Source of the DNA: Candidatus Latescibacterota bacterium
GTDB lineage: Bacteria; Latescibacterota; UBA2968; UBA8231
Reading direction: 5' to 3'
NCBI GenBank assembly: GCA_963422735.1
Contig: OY730476.1
Location: 448,001 to 512,000, forward strand
DNA length: 64,000 nucleotides
Positions 37,859 to 47,616 of this stretch are shown piece after piece. The notes beneath the pieces are model-generated. The model had not been told where the DNA came from. It made no database searches and was given only the letters and a program-made list of their open reading frames with translations. The stretch's first letter is position 1. Each line of letters opens with the position of its first letter. The position numbers and the translations under genes are program-made.

Positions 37859-39135
37859 GCGGTCTCAATGGCGCGCGCCGCAGCCGTGCCTTGCTCCTCA
37901 TCGACGAAGTAGAGGCAGGCCCCGCCCGCGACGAAGAGGACGACGATCGACAAAATCCCCACGCGCGGGCTGCCGGTCAGTACGCCAATCCAGCCCACGA
38001 GTACTGGGCCGATGACCGCGGCGAACTTGCCCAGCATGTTGTAAAAGCCAAAAAACTCCGCCGACCGGTTGCGGGGAATGAGCCTTGAGTAGAGCGAGCG
38101 GCTCAGGGCTTGGACCCCGCCTTGGACTAGGCCGATGGCGACGGCCAAAGCGTAAAATTCCCAGACTGCATTCAGAAAGTAGCCCCAGACCGTTGCCGCA
38201 ATATAGACGGCTAGGCCGATGAAAATTCCCTTGCGGGTGCCGATCCGCTCGCCGAGCAAGCCAAAGGCAATCGCCGCGGGAAAGCCCACGAACTGGGTAA
38301 TGCCCAAGGCGAGTAGCAGATCGTCGGTGGCAAGGCCCAGCGACAGGCCGTAGTCAATGGCCATGCGGATGATGGTATCGACGCCGTCGATGTACAGCCA
38401 ATAGCCGATGAGGAAGACAAAGGTGGTGCGTAGCTGCCGAATGTCGCGGCCGGTGGAGATGAGCTGCCGATAGCCGGCTGAAATTGCGCTCCAGCCGCGA
38501 TGAGCGCGCCTAGGCGGCGATTCCTCGACCCACAAAAAGAGCGGTAGCGAAAAGCCGGCCCACCAGACGGCGACCAGCAAAAAGCACACGCGCACTGCCT
38601 CGCTGGCATCGGCCAACCCAAAGATCGCAGGATGGAGGACCATCGCCACATTGACCGCAAACAGCAAGCCGCCGCCCAGATAGCCGAGGCTGTATCCGAG
38701 TGCCGAGACCGAGTCCGACTTGTCGCGCCCGGCCACCTCCACGAGGAGCGCATCGTAAAAGGTATTGCCCCCGGAGAAGCCGATGGCGGCCAAGACATAG
38801 ACCACAACCGCCAGCTCCCACGCGCCTTCGGCGACTATGTAGAGGCAACCCGTGGCGAGGACGCCGAGGAAGGCGAAGGCAAAAAGGAACTTGCGCCGAG
38901 TGCCGCCTTGATCGGCAATAGCCCCCAAGAAGGGGGCTAGCAGCACGACGACTAGGCTGCTGAGCGAGTTGGCTAGCCCCAGTTGGAAGGTGCTCTCGGT
39001 GACGTCGCTGCCGGTGCTCCAGTAGGACTTAAAGAATACCGGGAAGAAGGCGGCGATGACCGTGGTGGCAAAGGCCGAATTGGCCCAGTCGTACAAGGCC
39101 CAAGCGATGATTGGTTTCTTGGCGTTAATAGACAT
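37855..39135 (-). CDS. MFS transporter (UMF1/Atg22-like family)
   Basis: AWALYDWANSAF, FYDALL, GYSLGYLGGG, QALSRSLYSRLIP...EFFGFY..GKFAAVIGP. Confidence 0.9.
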   Translation of the reverse strand: MSINAKKPIIAWALYDWANSAFATTVIAAFFPVFFKSYWSTGSDVTESTFQLGLANSLSSLVVVLLAPFLGAIADQGGTRRKFLFAFAFLGVLATGCLYIVAEGAWELAVVVYVLAAIGFSGGNTFYDALLVEVAGRDKSDSVSALGYSLGYLGGGLLFAVNVAMVLHPAIFGLADASEAVRVCFLLVAVWWAGFSLPLFLWVEESPPRRAHRGWSAISAGYRQLISTGRDIRQLRTTFVFLIGYWLYIDGVDTIIRMAIDYGLSLGLATDDLLLALGITQFVGFPAAIAFGLLGERIGTRKGIFIGLAVYIAATVWGYFLNAVWEFYALAVAIGLVQGGVQALSRSLYSRLIPRNRSAEFFGFYNMLGKFAAVIGPVLVGWIGVLTGSPRVGILSIVVLFVAGGACLYFVDEEQGTAAARAIETA

Positions 39136-39157
39136 AGAGGATTGAACATTGTGAAAC

Positions 39158-39183
39158 GTAGGGACACTCCTTGTGGGTGCCCT
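39158..39183. repeat. GTAG-type REP-like palindrome
   Basis: GTAGGGACACTCCTTGTGGGTGCCCT: a GTAG foot plus an imperfect AGGGACAC/GTGCCCT stem; single copy in the window. Confidence 0.5.
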
Positions 39184-39312
39184 CGGTTGGGGACCGGGTC
39201 CCGCATAGCAGTATAAGGCAAAATAAGGCAAAAGGAGATGTGGTTGCCGCTGATATCTTTATTAGATAGCGTAGAGACAACCGAGCGTCTGTGCTCCCCA
39301 AAAGAATTTCTT

Positions 39313-40362
39313 ATGAACGACGCAACGCTTCTCTCGCCGCCTTCAGGCGGTGCATGGCTGCGTTTTGACGCGGCGACTAATCCTTACGGGCCGTCGCCCA
39401 AGGTCCGGGAAGCGATGGCCGCCTTTGCCCGCACCGGCGACTTTAGTCGCTACAACGACGAGGAGCGCGCCGAGTCATTGCGCGGGGATCTGGCGGCGCA
39501 TTGGGGGCTTTCGCCCGATCACTTCATAGTGTACAACGGGTCTGGAGAAGCCGTGGTCTGGCTTTTTTTGGCGCGATTGCTGTTAGAGCGAGAGCGCCTG
39601 CTCATTCCGTTTCCGTCGTACGAGCGCTTTGTCGCGTTGGGGCAGCGATGTGCGGCCAAAGTGATCCCGGTGCCGCTGCACGAGGAGGACTTTGCACTGG
39701 TGCCGGAGCACTTTATCGAGGCGGGTCGGCGGTCGGGTGCGCGGGTATTGCTGCTGAGCAGCCCCAACAATCCTACGGGCAACCTCCTTTGCGGCGAGCG
39801 GGAGATGGCGCGTTTGCTCGACGAGTTGCCCGACTGCTTGTGCATCGTCGATGAGGCGTATGCAGAGTATGCCGGCCACAGCTACGTGCCTTGGGTGCAA
39901 GAGCGGAAAAACTTGGTAGTGCTGCGGACCTTTTCCAAAGCATACGGCATGGCCGGTTTGCGGATCGGCTACGCGGTTGGTGCTCCGCCGATGGTGGCCG
40001 CCCTGAGTCAGATGCAGGTTCCTTGGGCAGTTAATGCACTGTCGCTGGTAGCGGCGCGGGCCGCGCTGGCCGACCAAGGTTATTTGCACCAGATCGTCAC
40101 CCAGATCCGCGGCGATTGTCGGGCGCTCTACGAAGGGCTGAACGAGCGACCGTGGTTGCGGGCCTATCCGAGCGCGGCGAATTTCTTTTGGGTACACTGC
40201 GAGGGGATCGGCCCACAGCGGCTGCGGGTGGGTTTAGAAAAGCGGCGGATCCGCGCCCGCTGGCGCCAAGACGCGCCCGGCTTTGTGCGGCTTACGTCGC
40301 TGCGCCCCCAAGACAACGAGTATTTGTTAGCGGCACTCGATGAGATCGGGCACGCAGACTAA
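39313..40362 (+). CDS. hisC: Histidinol-phosphate aminotransferase-like PLP enzyme (class II)
   Basis: NPYGPSP, NGSGE, SPNNPTG, VDEAY.EY, LRTFSKAYGMAGLRIGY, SAANF. Exact substrate uncertain (HisC/CobD-like). Confidence 0.7.
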   Translation: MNDATLLSPPSGGAWLRFDAATNPYGPSPKVREAMAAFARTGDFSRYNDEERAESLRGDLAAHWGLSPDHFIVYNGSGEAVVWLFLARLLLERERLLIPFPSYERFVALGQRCAAKVIPVPLHEEDFALVPEHFIEAGRRSGARVLLLSSPNNPTGNLLCGEREMARLLDELPDCLCIVDEAYAEYAGHSYVPWVQERKNLVVLRTFSKAYGMAGLRIGYAVGAPPMVAALSQMQVPWAVNALSLVAARAALADQGYLHQIVTQIRGDCRALYEGLNERPWLRAYPSAANFFWVHCEGIGPQRLRVGLEKRRIRARWRQDAPGFVRLTSLRPQDNEYLLAALDEIGHAD

Positions 40363-40377
40363 CACAAGAGGAGCGTT

Positions 40378-41357
40378 ATGGAATATCGCAATTTGGGCAC
40401 GGCCGGCGTCAAGGTGTCCAAGGTGTGCTTGGGCACGGCTTTTCGCGGCCAAGAGGATGAGGGGGTTTGCATTGAGGTGGTGCGGCGGGCCTTGGACTTG
40501 GGCTGCAATTTCATCGATACGGCGCTATATGGTAGGGGACGTTCCGAACAGGTGGTGGGCAAGGCGATCAAGGGGCGGCGCGAGGAGGTGGTGCTGACGA
40601 CCAAAATTTTTGGCACCTTGGGCAATAGCCCCAATCACGTGGGGCTGTCGCGGGTCAATCTGCTGCGGGGCATTGAGGTGTCGCTACAGCGGCTACAGAC
40701 TGATTACGTCGATCTGTACTTGTTGCACAGTTTTGATCCGGTCACACCGCTGGAGGAGACCTTGAGTGCTCTCGACGACATTGTGCGGCAGGGCAAGGCG
40801 CGCTACGTGGGGTGCTCTAACTTCCCGCCGTGGAAGATCGTTGAGGCCCTGTGGATTTCGCAGCGCGAGCGCTTGGCATCCTTTGCCTGCATCCAGAATC
40901 AGTACAATCTGCTCAATCGCTGGGAGATGGAGCCGGAGCTGATGCCCATCTGCCGTCAGTTCGGTTTGGGCATTATGACCTACAGCCCGCTAGCTATCGG
41001 CCTGCTCTCCGGCCGTTTCCGCCGCGGGCAAGTGCCGCCGCCGGGGACGCCGTGGAGTACGGACGAGCTGCGTGGCATGAGTCCGGGTAAATACAATTTT
41101 GCCGAGGCCATGACCGAGCGGGTCGATACCATCGTCCAGACGCTAATCGATATTGGGGCGCGGCACGGCAAGACTCCAGCGCAGGTAGCCATTGCTTGGA
41201 TTTTAGACCACGACGAGATCAGCGCCCCATCTTGGGGGCCGACGAGCCGGCGCATGTCGAGGAAGTTTTCGCGGGCTTGGACTGGTGGTTGGCACCACAA
41301 GAGCGGGCTTTGTTGGACGAGGTATCCAAGGTGAAGGGGCGGCAGAAATACGCCTGA
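40378..41357 (+). CDS. Aldo/keto reductase with a probable 1-bp frameshift near 41225
   Basis: CLGT, FIDTA.YG, TK, SLQRLQTDYVDLY, GCSN, YSPLA.GLL; the canonical C-terminus (PILGADEPAHVEE...ERALLDEVS) lies in the shifted frame ending at TGA 41357. Confidence 0.85.
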
Positions 41358-41370
41358 AGGAGGTGTGCCT

Positions 41371-42918
41371 ATGAACAGACGCAGACTGCCCATTGGCATT
41401 CAGACCTTCCACAAAATTCGGGAGCAGAACTGCTACTACGTCGATAAGACGGCCTACATCCGGCGGCTGCTCGACGAGGGTACACACTACTTCCTGTCGC
41501 GTCCACGGCGCTTCGGCAAGAGCCTGTTTCTGGACACGCTCAAGGAAGTATTCGAGGGCAACGAGCCGCTGTTTGAGGGACTGTACATCCACGACCGCTG
41601 GGACTGGTCGGTTCGCCATCCCGTCCTGCGACTCAGCTTTGGCAGCGGCAACTTTAAGGAGCCCGGCTACGTGGAGGCCTCTCTCATGGAGCAACTCGCC
41701 GCGGCCGAACGCCGGTCAGAGGTCGTCTCCGAGTACGCCACGGCACCCGGACGTTTTTCCTCTCTGCTGGAGGCACTCCACGACCGAGCCGGGCAGCCGG
41801 TGGTGGTGCTGATCGACGAATACGACAAGCCGATGCTCGATGCGCTAGAGGTGCCGGAGATCGCCCGCGCCAACCGCGACTTTTTGCGCGGCCTCTACGC
41901 GGTCATCAAGGACAGCGACGCGCACGTCCGCTTCACGTTCATTACCGGGGTGAGCAAGTTTTCTAAGGTGAGGCTGTTTTCCGGCCTCAACAATCTCACC
42001 GACATCACCTTAGACCCGCGCTACTCGGCCCTCTGCGGCTACACCGATGCGGACTTGGATACCGTGTTCGCACCGGAGCTTCCCGGCTTGGACCGGAACC
42101 AGATCCGCGACTGGTACAACGGCTACCGTTGGCGGGGCGAAGAGAAGGTGTACAACCCCTTCGATATTCTGCTCCTGTTCGACAAGCGCACCTTCGGGGC
42201 CTACTGGTTTGAGACCGGTACGCCGACATTTCTGGTTGAAACGCTGTGCCAGCGTCGCGTCCGTTCCCTCGAACTCGACTCTATGATCGGCAGCGATGAG
42301 TTGCTCTCGACCTTTGACGTGGATGATATAGCGACCGAGGCGCTGCTGTTCCAGACAGGCTATCTGACGATAACAGCGGAAGAAGATCTCGGCGGTGCAC
42401 GGGTCTACCGCCTCGGCTATCCCAACCGGGAGGTGCGACAAAGCCTCAACGAGAGTTTGCTGCGCTACCTCGTGCGGGATTCGACGCGGCAGATGGCCAA
42501 CAGTGTGCGGCTGTATCGGCTGTTGGAGGCCAATGATTTCGCCGGGCTGGAGACGCTCTTCCACGCTTTCTTCGCCAGTATTCCCTACGAGTGGTACACC
42601 AACAACGACATCGCCGATTACGAGGGTTACTACGCGAGCGTGTTCTACTCCTATTTCGCCGGGCTGGGGCTGGACATCACAGTAGAGGATAGCAGCAGCC
42701 ACGGCCGGCTGGACATGGCGGTTCTGTTCGACGGCCGCGTCTATCTGTTCGAGTTCAAGGTGGTCGAGATGGCGTCTGCGGGTGCAGCTATGAAGCAGTT
42801 GCAGGAGCGGCGGTATGCAGATAAGTACCGCGCTTTGGACCAGCCGATATACCTAATTGGCGTGGAGTTCAGCAAGGGTGAGCGCAATGTCGCGGCGTTT
42901 GACGTGGAGCGCGCCTGA
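41371..42918 (+). CDS. AAA-ATPase-like + PD-(D/E)XK nuclease (DUF1703-type) protein
   Basis: LPIGIQTF, YYVDKT, SRPRRFGKS, LIDEYDKP, YNPF, YWFETGTP, GRLDM...FEFK...Q...Y; AGGAGG SD. Confidence 0.92.
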   Translation: MNRRRLPIGIQTFHKIREQNCYYVDKTAYIRRLLDEGTHYFLSRPRRFGKSLFLDTLKEVFEGNEPLFEGLYIHDRWDWSVRHPVLRLSFGSGNFKEPGYVEASLMEQLAAAERRSEVVSEYATAPGRFSSLLEALHDRAGQPVVVLIDEYDKPMLDALEVPEIARANRDFLRGLYAVIKDSDAHVRFTFITGVSKFSKVRLFSGLNNLTDITLDPRYSALCGYTDADLDTVFAPELPGLDRNQIRDWYNGYRWRGEEKVYNPFDILLLFDKRTFGAYWFETGTPTFLVETLCQRRVRSLELDSMIGSDELLSTFDVDDIATEALLFQTGYLTITAEEDLGGARVYRLGYPNREVRQSLNESLLRYLVRDSTRQMANSVRLYRLLEANDFAGLETLFHAFFASIPYEWYTNNDIADYEGYYASVFYSYFAGLGLDITVEDSSSHGRLDMAVLFDGRVYLFEFKVVEMASAGAAMKQLQERRYADKYRALDQPIYLIGVEFSKGERNVAAFDVERA

Positions 42919-42932
42919 CAGACGAGGTAGAT

Positions 42933-43058
42933 GTGCTAGACGAACTGTGCAAAGTACGCTATGCCCGCTTCCGCTTGGAGATGGCGGCGGTCGGCCGGCT
43001 GAAGCTACCTCCCTACAAGGGATCAACCTTTAGGGGAGCCTTTGGCCATACCTTCAAA
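42933..43058 (+). pseudogene. N-terminal fragment of a Cas6-family (RAMP) endoribonuclease
   Basis: YARFRLEMAAVGRLKLPPYKGSTFRGAFGHTFK matches the Cas6 LP.YKGS.LRGAFG motif; similarity stops abruptly. Confidence 0.65.
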
Positions 43059-43069
43059 CTCGCGAGGTG

Positions 43070-43510
43070 GCTTCGCCCAAGTGGAATCCGCCTGCCAAGC
43101 GGCAAATCCCGACTTGCTCTATGCCGACCTCCTAACAGCTACCCACCGCACGCTAGCCCGGAACTGGGACGTCGAACCCGACGATGCAGAGAGCGTCCGC
43201 TTCGGCCAGTAGGTCGGAGACTGGTCGGCCTTTGCCGACGCGACCGAAGTGCTCGCCTATCTGAAGCACCACTACCGGCTAATCACCCTCACCAATTGCG
43301 ACCGCGCTAGCTACCGGGGCAGTGCAGCCCACCTCGGCAATCCCTGGGACGCGATCCTTACCGCCGAGGAGATCGGCACGTACAAGCCGTCGCTGGCCAA
43401 CTTTGAATTCTTGGTCGCTCGGGTAGCCGCGGACTTCGGCGGTGATGCCTGACTTCCGTTTCAAAAACATGGCCGAACTAGTCGCCCAGCATCGCACCGA
43501 ACGGGCCTGA
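43070..43510 (+). pseudogene. Haloacid dehalogenase type II (HAD) pseudogene
   Basis: RFGQ*VGDWSAFADAT..LAYLKHHYRLITLTNCDR...TAEEIGTYKPS...PDFRFKNMAEL; TAG at 43210, 5' end missing, internal deletion. Confidence 0.75.
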
Positions 43511-43595
43511 ATCCGCCCCGTCGGCGTGTGGACGACAACGGAATGCGCCGCTAATTTCTAGGAATTGCACCCTTTTTGTCGGAGATCGAAATCCC

Positions 43596-44357
43596 ATGAG
43601 CACACCCCTCCACGGTCGCATCGCCTTAGTAACCGGCGCGGCTGGCGGTATCGGCCAAGCGATATGCCGCGCCTTGGCCGCTGAAGGTGCGATGGTCGCC
43701 TTGCATTACCTCACGCAGAAGGACGCTGCCCACGAGCTCGCCGCTGAGCTGGGCGGGGCTGCTTTTGAGGCCGATATAGCCCAAGCGGACGCCGCGCAGT
43801 TGCTGGTCGAGCGCGTGGTTGGGGAACTGGGCGGGTTGGATATTTTGGTCAACAACGCCGGCATCACCATCGGCGGGCAGTTCGTGGCCGATATGTCGCT
43901 GGCGGACTGGCATCAGGTACTCGATGTCAACCTCAATAGTGTCCTCTACATGTGCAAGGCCGCCCTGCCGCTGATGCGGGCGCGAGGCGGCGGCGCGGTC
44001 GTCAACATCGCCTCGAATGTGGTCAATACCCTGCCAGGCGGGGCCGCGGCGTATGCGACCACCAAGGCGGGGGTTGTGGCCTTGACGAAGGTACTGTCCA
44101 AAGAGGAAGCCGAGTACGGCATCCGCGTCAATGTGGTGTCGCCAGGGATCATCGACGCGGGGATGGGGCGCGGGGCGCTGGCGCGGCGGACGCCGGAGGT
44201 GCGGGCGCAGTTTCTCAGCACTATTCCCATGCGCCGGGCCGGTGGCCCCGAAGAGGTGGCTGCGGCCGTGGCCTTTCTGGTGTCTCCGGCGGCTAGCTAC
44301 GTGACCGGACAGCACCTAAGCGTCAACGGCGGCGACCGCACCGAGTCCTATCAGTAG
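43596..44357 (+). CDS. SDR-family oxidoreductase (FabG-like)
   Basis: TGAAGGIG, NNAG, YATTK, IRVNVVSPG. Confidence 0.92.
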   Translation: MSTPLHGRIALVTGAAGGIGQAICRALAAEGAMVALHYLTQKDAAHELAAELGGAAFEADIAQADAAQLLVERVVGELGGLDILVNNAGITIGGQFVADMSLADWHQVLDVNLNSVLYMCKAALPLMRARGGGAVVNIASNVVNTLPGGAAAYATTKAGVVALTKVLSKEEAEYGIRVNVVSPGIIDAGMGRGALARRTPEVRAQFLSTIPMRRAGGPEEVAAAVAFLVSPAASYVTGQHLSVNGGDRTESYQ

Positions 44358-44389
44358 GTTGCCCAAGCAAAGCCGCCCCTAGTTTGTGA

Positions 44390-44418
44390 TAGACACTTCA
44401 ACTAACAGTAACTATAAT
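44390..44418 (+). promoter_or_regulatory. Near-consensus sigma70 promoter for murG-mraY
   Basis: TAGACA-N17-TATAAT. Confidence 0.75.
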
Positions 44419-44500
44419 AGATTATTAATGTTTATGAACTCGCCCCTCGCTGCGAAGAAGGCGGCGAAGCGCGTCCAATTGCCGAGACGACCTTACAAAA

Positions 44501-46513
44501 ATGAAATATTTGCTCACCGGCGGCGGCACGGGTGGCCACGTGTACCCGGCCTTGGCCATTGCCAACGAAATTCGGCAGACGCGGGCAGACGCCGAATTCC
44601 TCTACGTGGGCCATCGAGACAAACTGGATGCTTGGGTCGTGCCCGAGCAGGGGTACCCCATCCGCTTTGTGCGCGCCCGTCCCTTCCCTCGCACGCGTTC
44701 CCTTATTTCCCTGTTGCTATTCGCCTGTGCGCTCGCGGTCGGGGTTGTCCAAGGGGTGCTCATCCTCTTGCGCTACCGGCCCCAAATTATCATCAGCACG
44801 GGCGGCTTCGTCAGTGCGCCGATCCTCTTCGCGCATGGTGCGCTGGCCAAGGTCGGCCTTTCTCGTGCTCGCGTCTTTATCTACGAGCCGAATGCCCACC
44901 CTGGGCTTTTAAACCAAATTACCGGGCGGCTGGCGCAGCGAATTGGCGTGGCGTTTGAGCAGGCGGGCCGCTGGTTCGACATGAAGCGGGTGGCTGTAGT
45001 CGGCTATCCGGTGCGTCGCTCTTTTTTAAACCTCGATCGGCCGACCGCGCGGGAAAAGTTGGGCATTGCCCCAGGCCGCAAGGTCGTTCTCGCCTTTGGC
45101 GGGTCGGGTGGTGCCAAGGCCATCAACGAGGCCGTGCTCGAAGCCTTGCCCCTCTGGTGTGCGGCCGGGCTGGTGATCATCCACGTCACCGGCCGCTACA
45201 AGGGGCCGGATTACGACGCCGTGGCTGAGGCTGAGGCCGCTCTGGCCGCGATGGGGATGGAGGACGAATCCGACTGGTACCGCCGCCTCGATTACGCGGA
45301 TCAGATCGCCGATCTGATCGCAGCAGCCGATCTGGTCATTTGCCGGGCGGGCGCAGGTACCCTGACCGAGATGGCGGTCAGCAGGACGCCTACGCTGATT
45401 GTGCCGCTGCCGACATCGGCTGAAGACCACCAGGTGCTGAACGCTCGGGAGATGGAGCAGATAGGGGCCGCTCAGGTGCTCTATCAGGAGGCGTTTTGGG
45501 ACAACGCCTGCATCTTTAGCGGACTGGACGGCAAAAAACTGGCTCAGCAGGTGCTCGCGTTGTGCGCCGACGAGGAGCGCTTGCAGGCCATGGGCGAGGC
45601 CGCCAAGACCATGCCCAAGGCCAACAGCCTCGAACTGATCACGGCTGAGCTGGACAGCCTCATCGCCGGGCAGCGCCCGCCGGCACTGCGCTTGGAGTTG
45701 CCTCCGGCCAAAAGCGGTCTGCCGACCGCCCCCAACGCCCTGTTGCGCTGGGTGCAAGCGCGGGTCGCAGAGTTGGGGGGCGTGGAGGCGATGGAGCGCG
45801 GCGAGTTAGCCTATCTGCGCTATCAAGCCGATCGCCTGCTCGTGTCCGAGGGTTGGTGCGAAATCCCGCTAGGGCGGCGCAATGTGGGCATCAAGCTCGT
45901 TGCGGTCTTAAACTACCAAGAGCGGCTGCCATTGCTGCTACACATCCTCACCGACCGCACCCCGACCGGGTGGGTACGCCGTTTTTGCGGCGGGGACTTC
46001 CACCACGGAGGCATTGTGCGTCGCAATGTGGTCGAATACGGCCTGCGCGGCTTGGGGGCGACCGACGCGCAAACCCGGGCCGCGCTGCTGAACGCGCTAG
46101 AAGCGGACCCCTACTTCGAGGTACGAGCATGGTCGGCGCAGGCCCTCGGCGAGATGTTTGCAGCCGATGGCGAGATCGAAAGTGCGCTCTGCGCGGCCCT
46201 CGACGATAGCGCGCCGGAAGTGGTCGTCCAAGCCCTGAGTGCCCTTGGGAAAATAAGCCACAATCCCGACCTGCTAGCGCGGCTACGTCGCTTCTACTTG
46301 CACCCGAACTGGCAGTTCCGCGAGCAGGTCGTGCTAGTGCTGATCGAATTTTTGCAGCGCGGCGTCTTGGAGCCGGCGCAATTGGAGCGCGATCTCGACC
46401 AAGTCTTGATCTCAATGCCTTATTTTAAGCCGGAGTTCACCCTCGGCGCGCACCTGCGCGAATTGGCCGAGCACGTGCGCGCCGGCTTGCCACTGGCGGC
46501 CTCGCAGCGATGA
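44501..46513 (+). CDS. murG: MurG-like GT28 glycosyltransferase fused to a C-terminal HEAT-repeat domain (670 aa)
   Basis: GGGTGGHVYP, TGGFVS.P, EPNAHPGLLN, FGGSGGA, RAGAGT..E, HQVLNA; tail with DPYFEVRAWSAQALG and DSAPEVVVQALSALG HEAT motifs. Confidence 0.85.
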   Translation: MKYLLTGGGTGGHVYPALAIANEIRQTRADAEFLYVGHRDKLDAWVVPEQGYPIRFVRARPFPRTRSLISLLLFACALAVGVVQGVLILLRYRPQIIISTGGFVSAPILFAHGALAKVGLSRARVFIYEPNAHPGLLNQITGRLAQRIGVAFEQAGRWFDMKRVAVVGYPVRRSFLNLDRPTAREKLGIAPGRKVVLAFGGSGGAKAINEAVLEALPLWCAAGLVIIHVTGRYKGPDYDAVAEAEAALAAMGMEDESDWYRRLDYADQIADLIAAADLVICRAGAGTLTEMAVSRTPTLIVPLPTSAEDHQVLNAREMEQIGAAQVLYQEAFWDNACIFSGLDGKKLAQQVLALCADEERLQAMGEAAKTMPKANSLELITAELDSLIAGQRPPALRLELPPAKSGLPTAPNALLRWVQARVAELGGVEAMERGELAYLRYQADRLLVSEGWCEIPLGRRNVGIKLVAVLNYQERLPLLLHILTDRTPTGWVRRFCGGDFHHGGIVRRNVVEYGLRGLGATDAQTRAALLNALEADPYFEVRAWSAQALGEMFAADGEIESALCAALDDSAPEVVVQALSALGKISHNPDLLARLRRFYLHPNWQFREQVVLVLIEFLQRGVLEPAQLERDLDQVLISMPYFKPEFTLGAHLRELAEHVRAGLPLAASQR

Positions 46514-47616
46514 TCTACTACCTCGGAATTTACCTGCAAGATGCGGTCGAGGCTCTGTCGTTTTTGCGCTTGGTTGATTCGATCAGCTTTCGCGCCATCT
46601 GCGGCGCGATCACTTCGTTGATCCTTACCATTCTCTGCGGCGGGCGGGTCATCCTCTATTTCTACGGTCGGGGCCACCGCGACATGCCCCGCGACTATCT
46701 CAGCTCCGAGGCCGTCAGCAACCAAGCCAAAACCTATGGCGGCGGCCTAGTAGTCGCTGCGATCTTGATCAGCATCGGCCTGTGGTGCAAGCTGCACAGC
46801 CTCTTCGTCCTATTCTGCGCGGGGGCGATTGTCTGGTTTGCCGCGCTCGGCTGGATCGACGACTTCCTCAAGGTGCGCTATCGCTCTAGCGATCGCGGGT
46901 TGTCCGAGACGGCCAAATTGGCACTGCAAATAGCCTTTGGAATGGGGTTTGGTGCTGCGTACGTCACCCAAGTGTTCCCGGCGGAGTCGGCTGGCTTGGC
47001 GACCCAGCTCTATCTGCCCTTTTTCAAAAATCCGGTTCTCGACCTTTCGTGGGGCTATGTGCCTTTTATAGCCTTTACCGTGACGGCCATCTCCAACTCG
47101 GTCAATTTCGCCGACGGGATCGACGGCTTGGCTATTGTGCCGACTTCTTTTGTCGTGGCCGTCTTCGGGGTGTTCGCCTATGTGTCCAGCCACGCCGAGA
47201 TCTCGGCGTTCCTCATTTTTCCCTTTATGCCGGGCGTGGGGGAGGTCGCCGTGATCTGCTCTATCGTCTTTGGGGCCTGCCTCGGCTTTTTGTGGTTCAA
47301 TTCCTATCCGGCCAACGTCATCATGGGCGATACCGGGTCCATGGCATTGGGCGGCTTGTTGGGCACGGTCGCCGTCTTGGTCAAACAGGAGTTCCTCTTC
47401 CTGATCGTCGGGGGGATCTTCGTCGGCGAGACCCTGTCGGTGGTGATCCAAGAAAAGATCGGCATCCGGTGGCTGGGGCGGCGTTTTTTCACCCGCTCGC
47501 CGATTCACCACCACTTCCAACAGCGCGGCTTGGCCGACACGAAGATCGTCATTCGCTTCTGGATCGTGGCTGGCATTTTGGCGTTGTGCGGCTTGGCGAC
47601 GCTCAAGATCCGCTAG
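46510..47616 (+). CDS. mraY: Phospho-N-acetylmuramoyl-pentapeptide transferase (divergent)
   Basis: GWIDDFLK, NSVNFADGIDGL, GFLWFNSYPA...MGDTGSMALGG, ETLSVVIQ, SPIHHHF, KIVIRFW, ATLKIR. Confidence 0.9.
   Translation: MIYYLGIYLQDAVEALSFLRLVDSISFRAICGAITSLILTILCGGRVILYFYGRGHRDMPRDYLSSEAVSNQAKTYGGGLVVAAILISIGLWCKLHSLFVLFCAGAIVWFAALGWIDDFLKVRYRSSDRGLSETAKLALQIAFGMGFGAAYVTQVFPAESAGLATQLYLPFFKNPVLDLSWGYVPFIAFTVTAISNSVNFADGIDGLAIVPTSFVVAVFGVFAYVSSHAEISAFLIFPFMPGVGEVAVICSIVFGACLGFLWFNSYPANVIMGDTGSMALGGLLGTVAVLVKQEFLFLIVGGIFVGETLSVVIQEKIGIRWLGRRFFTRSPIHHHFQQRGLADTKIVIRFWIVAGILALCGLATLKIR

Noticed and set aside
41351-42918. CGCCTGA direct repeat flanking the AAA/PD-(D/E)XK gene as a target duplication
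   Set aside because: Only 7 bp, and explained by both genes ending Ala-TGA in GC-rich DNA; too weak to claim.
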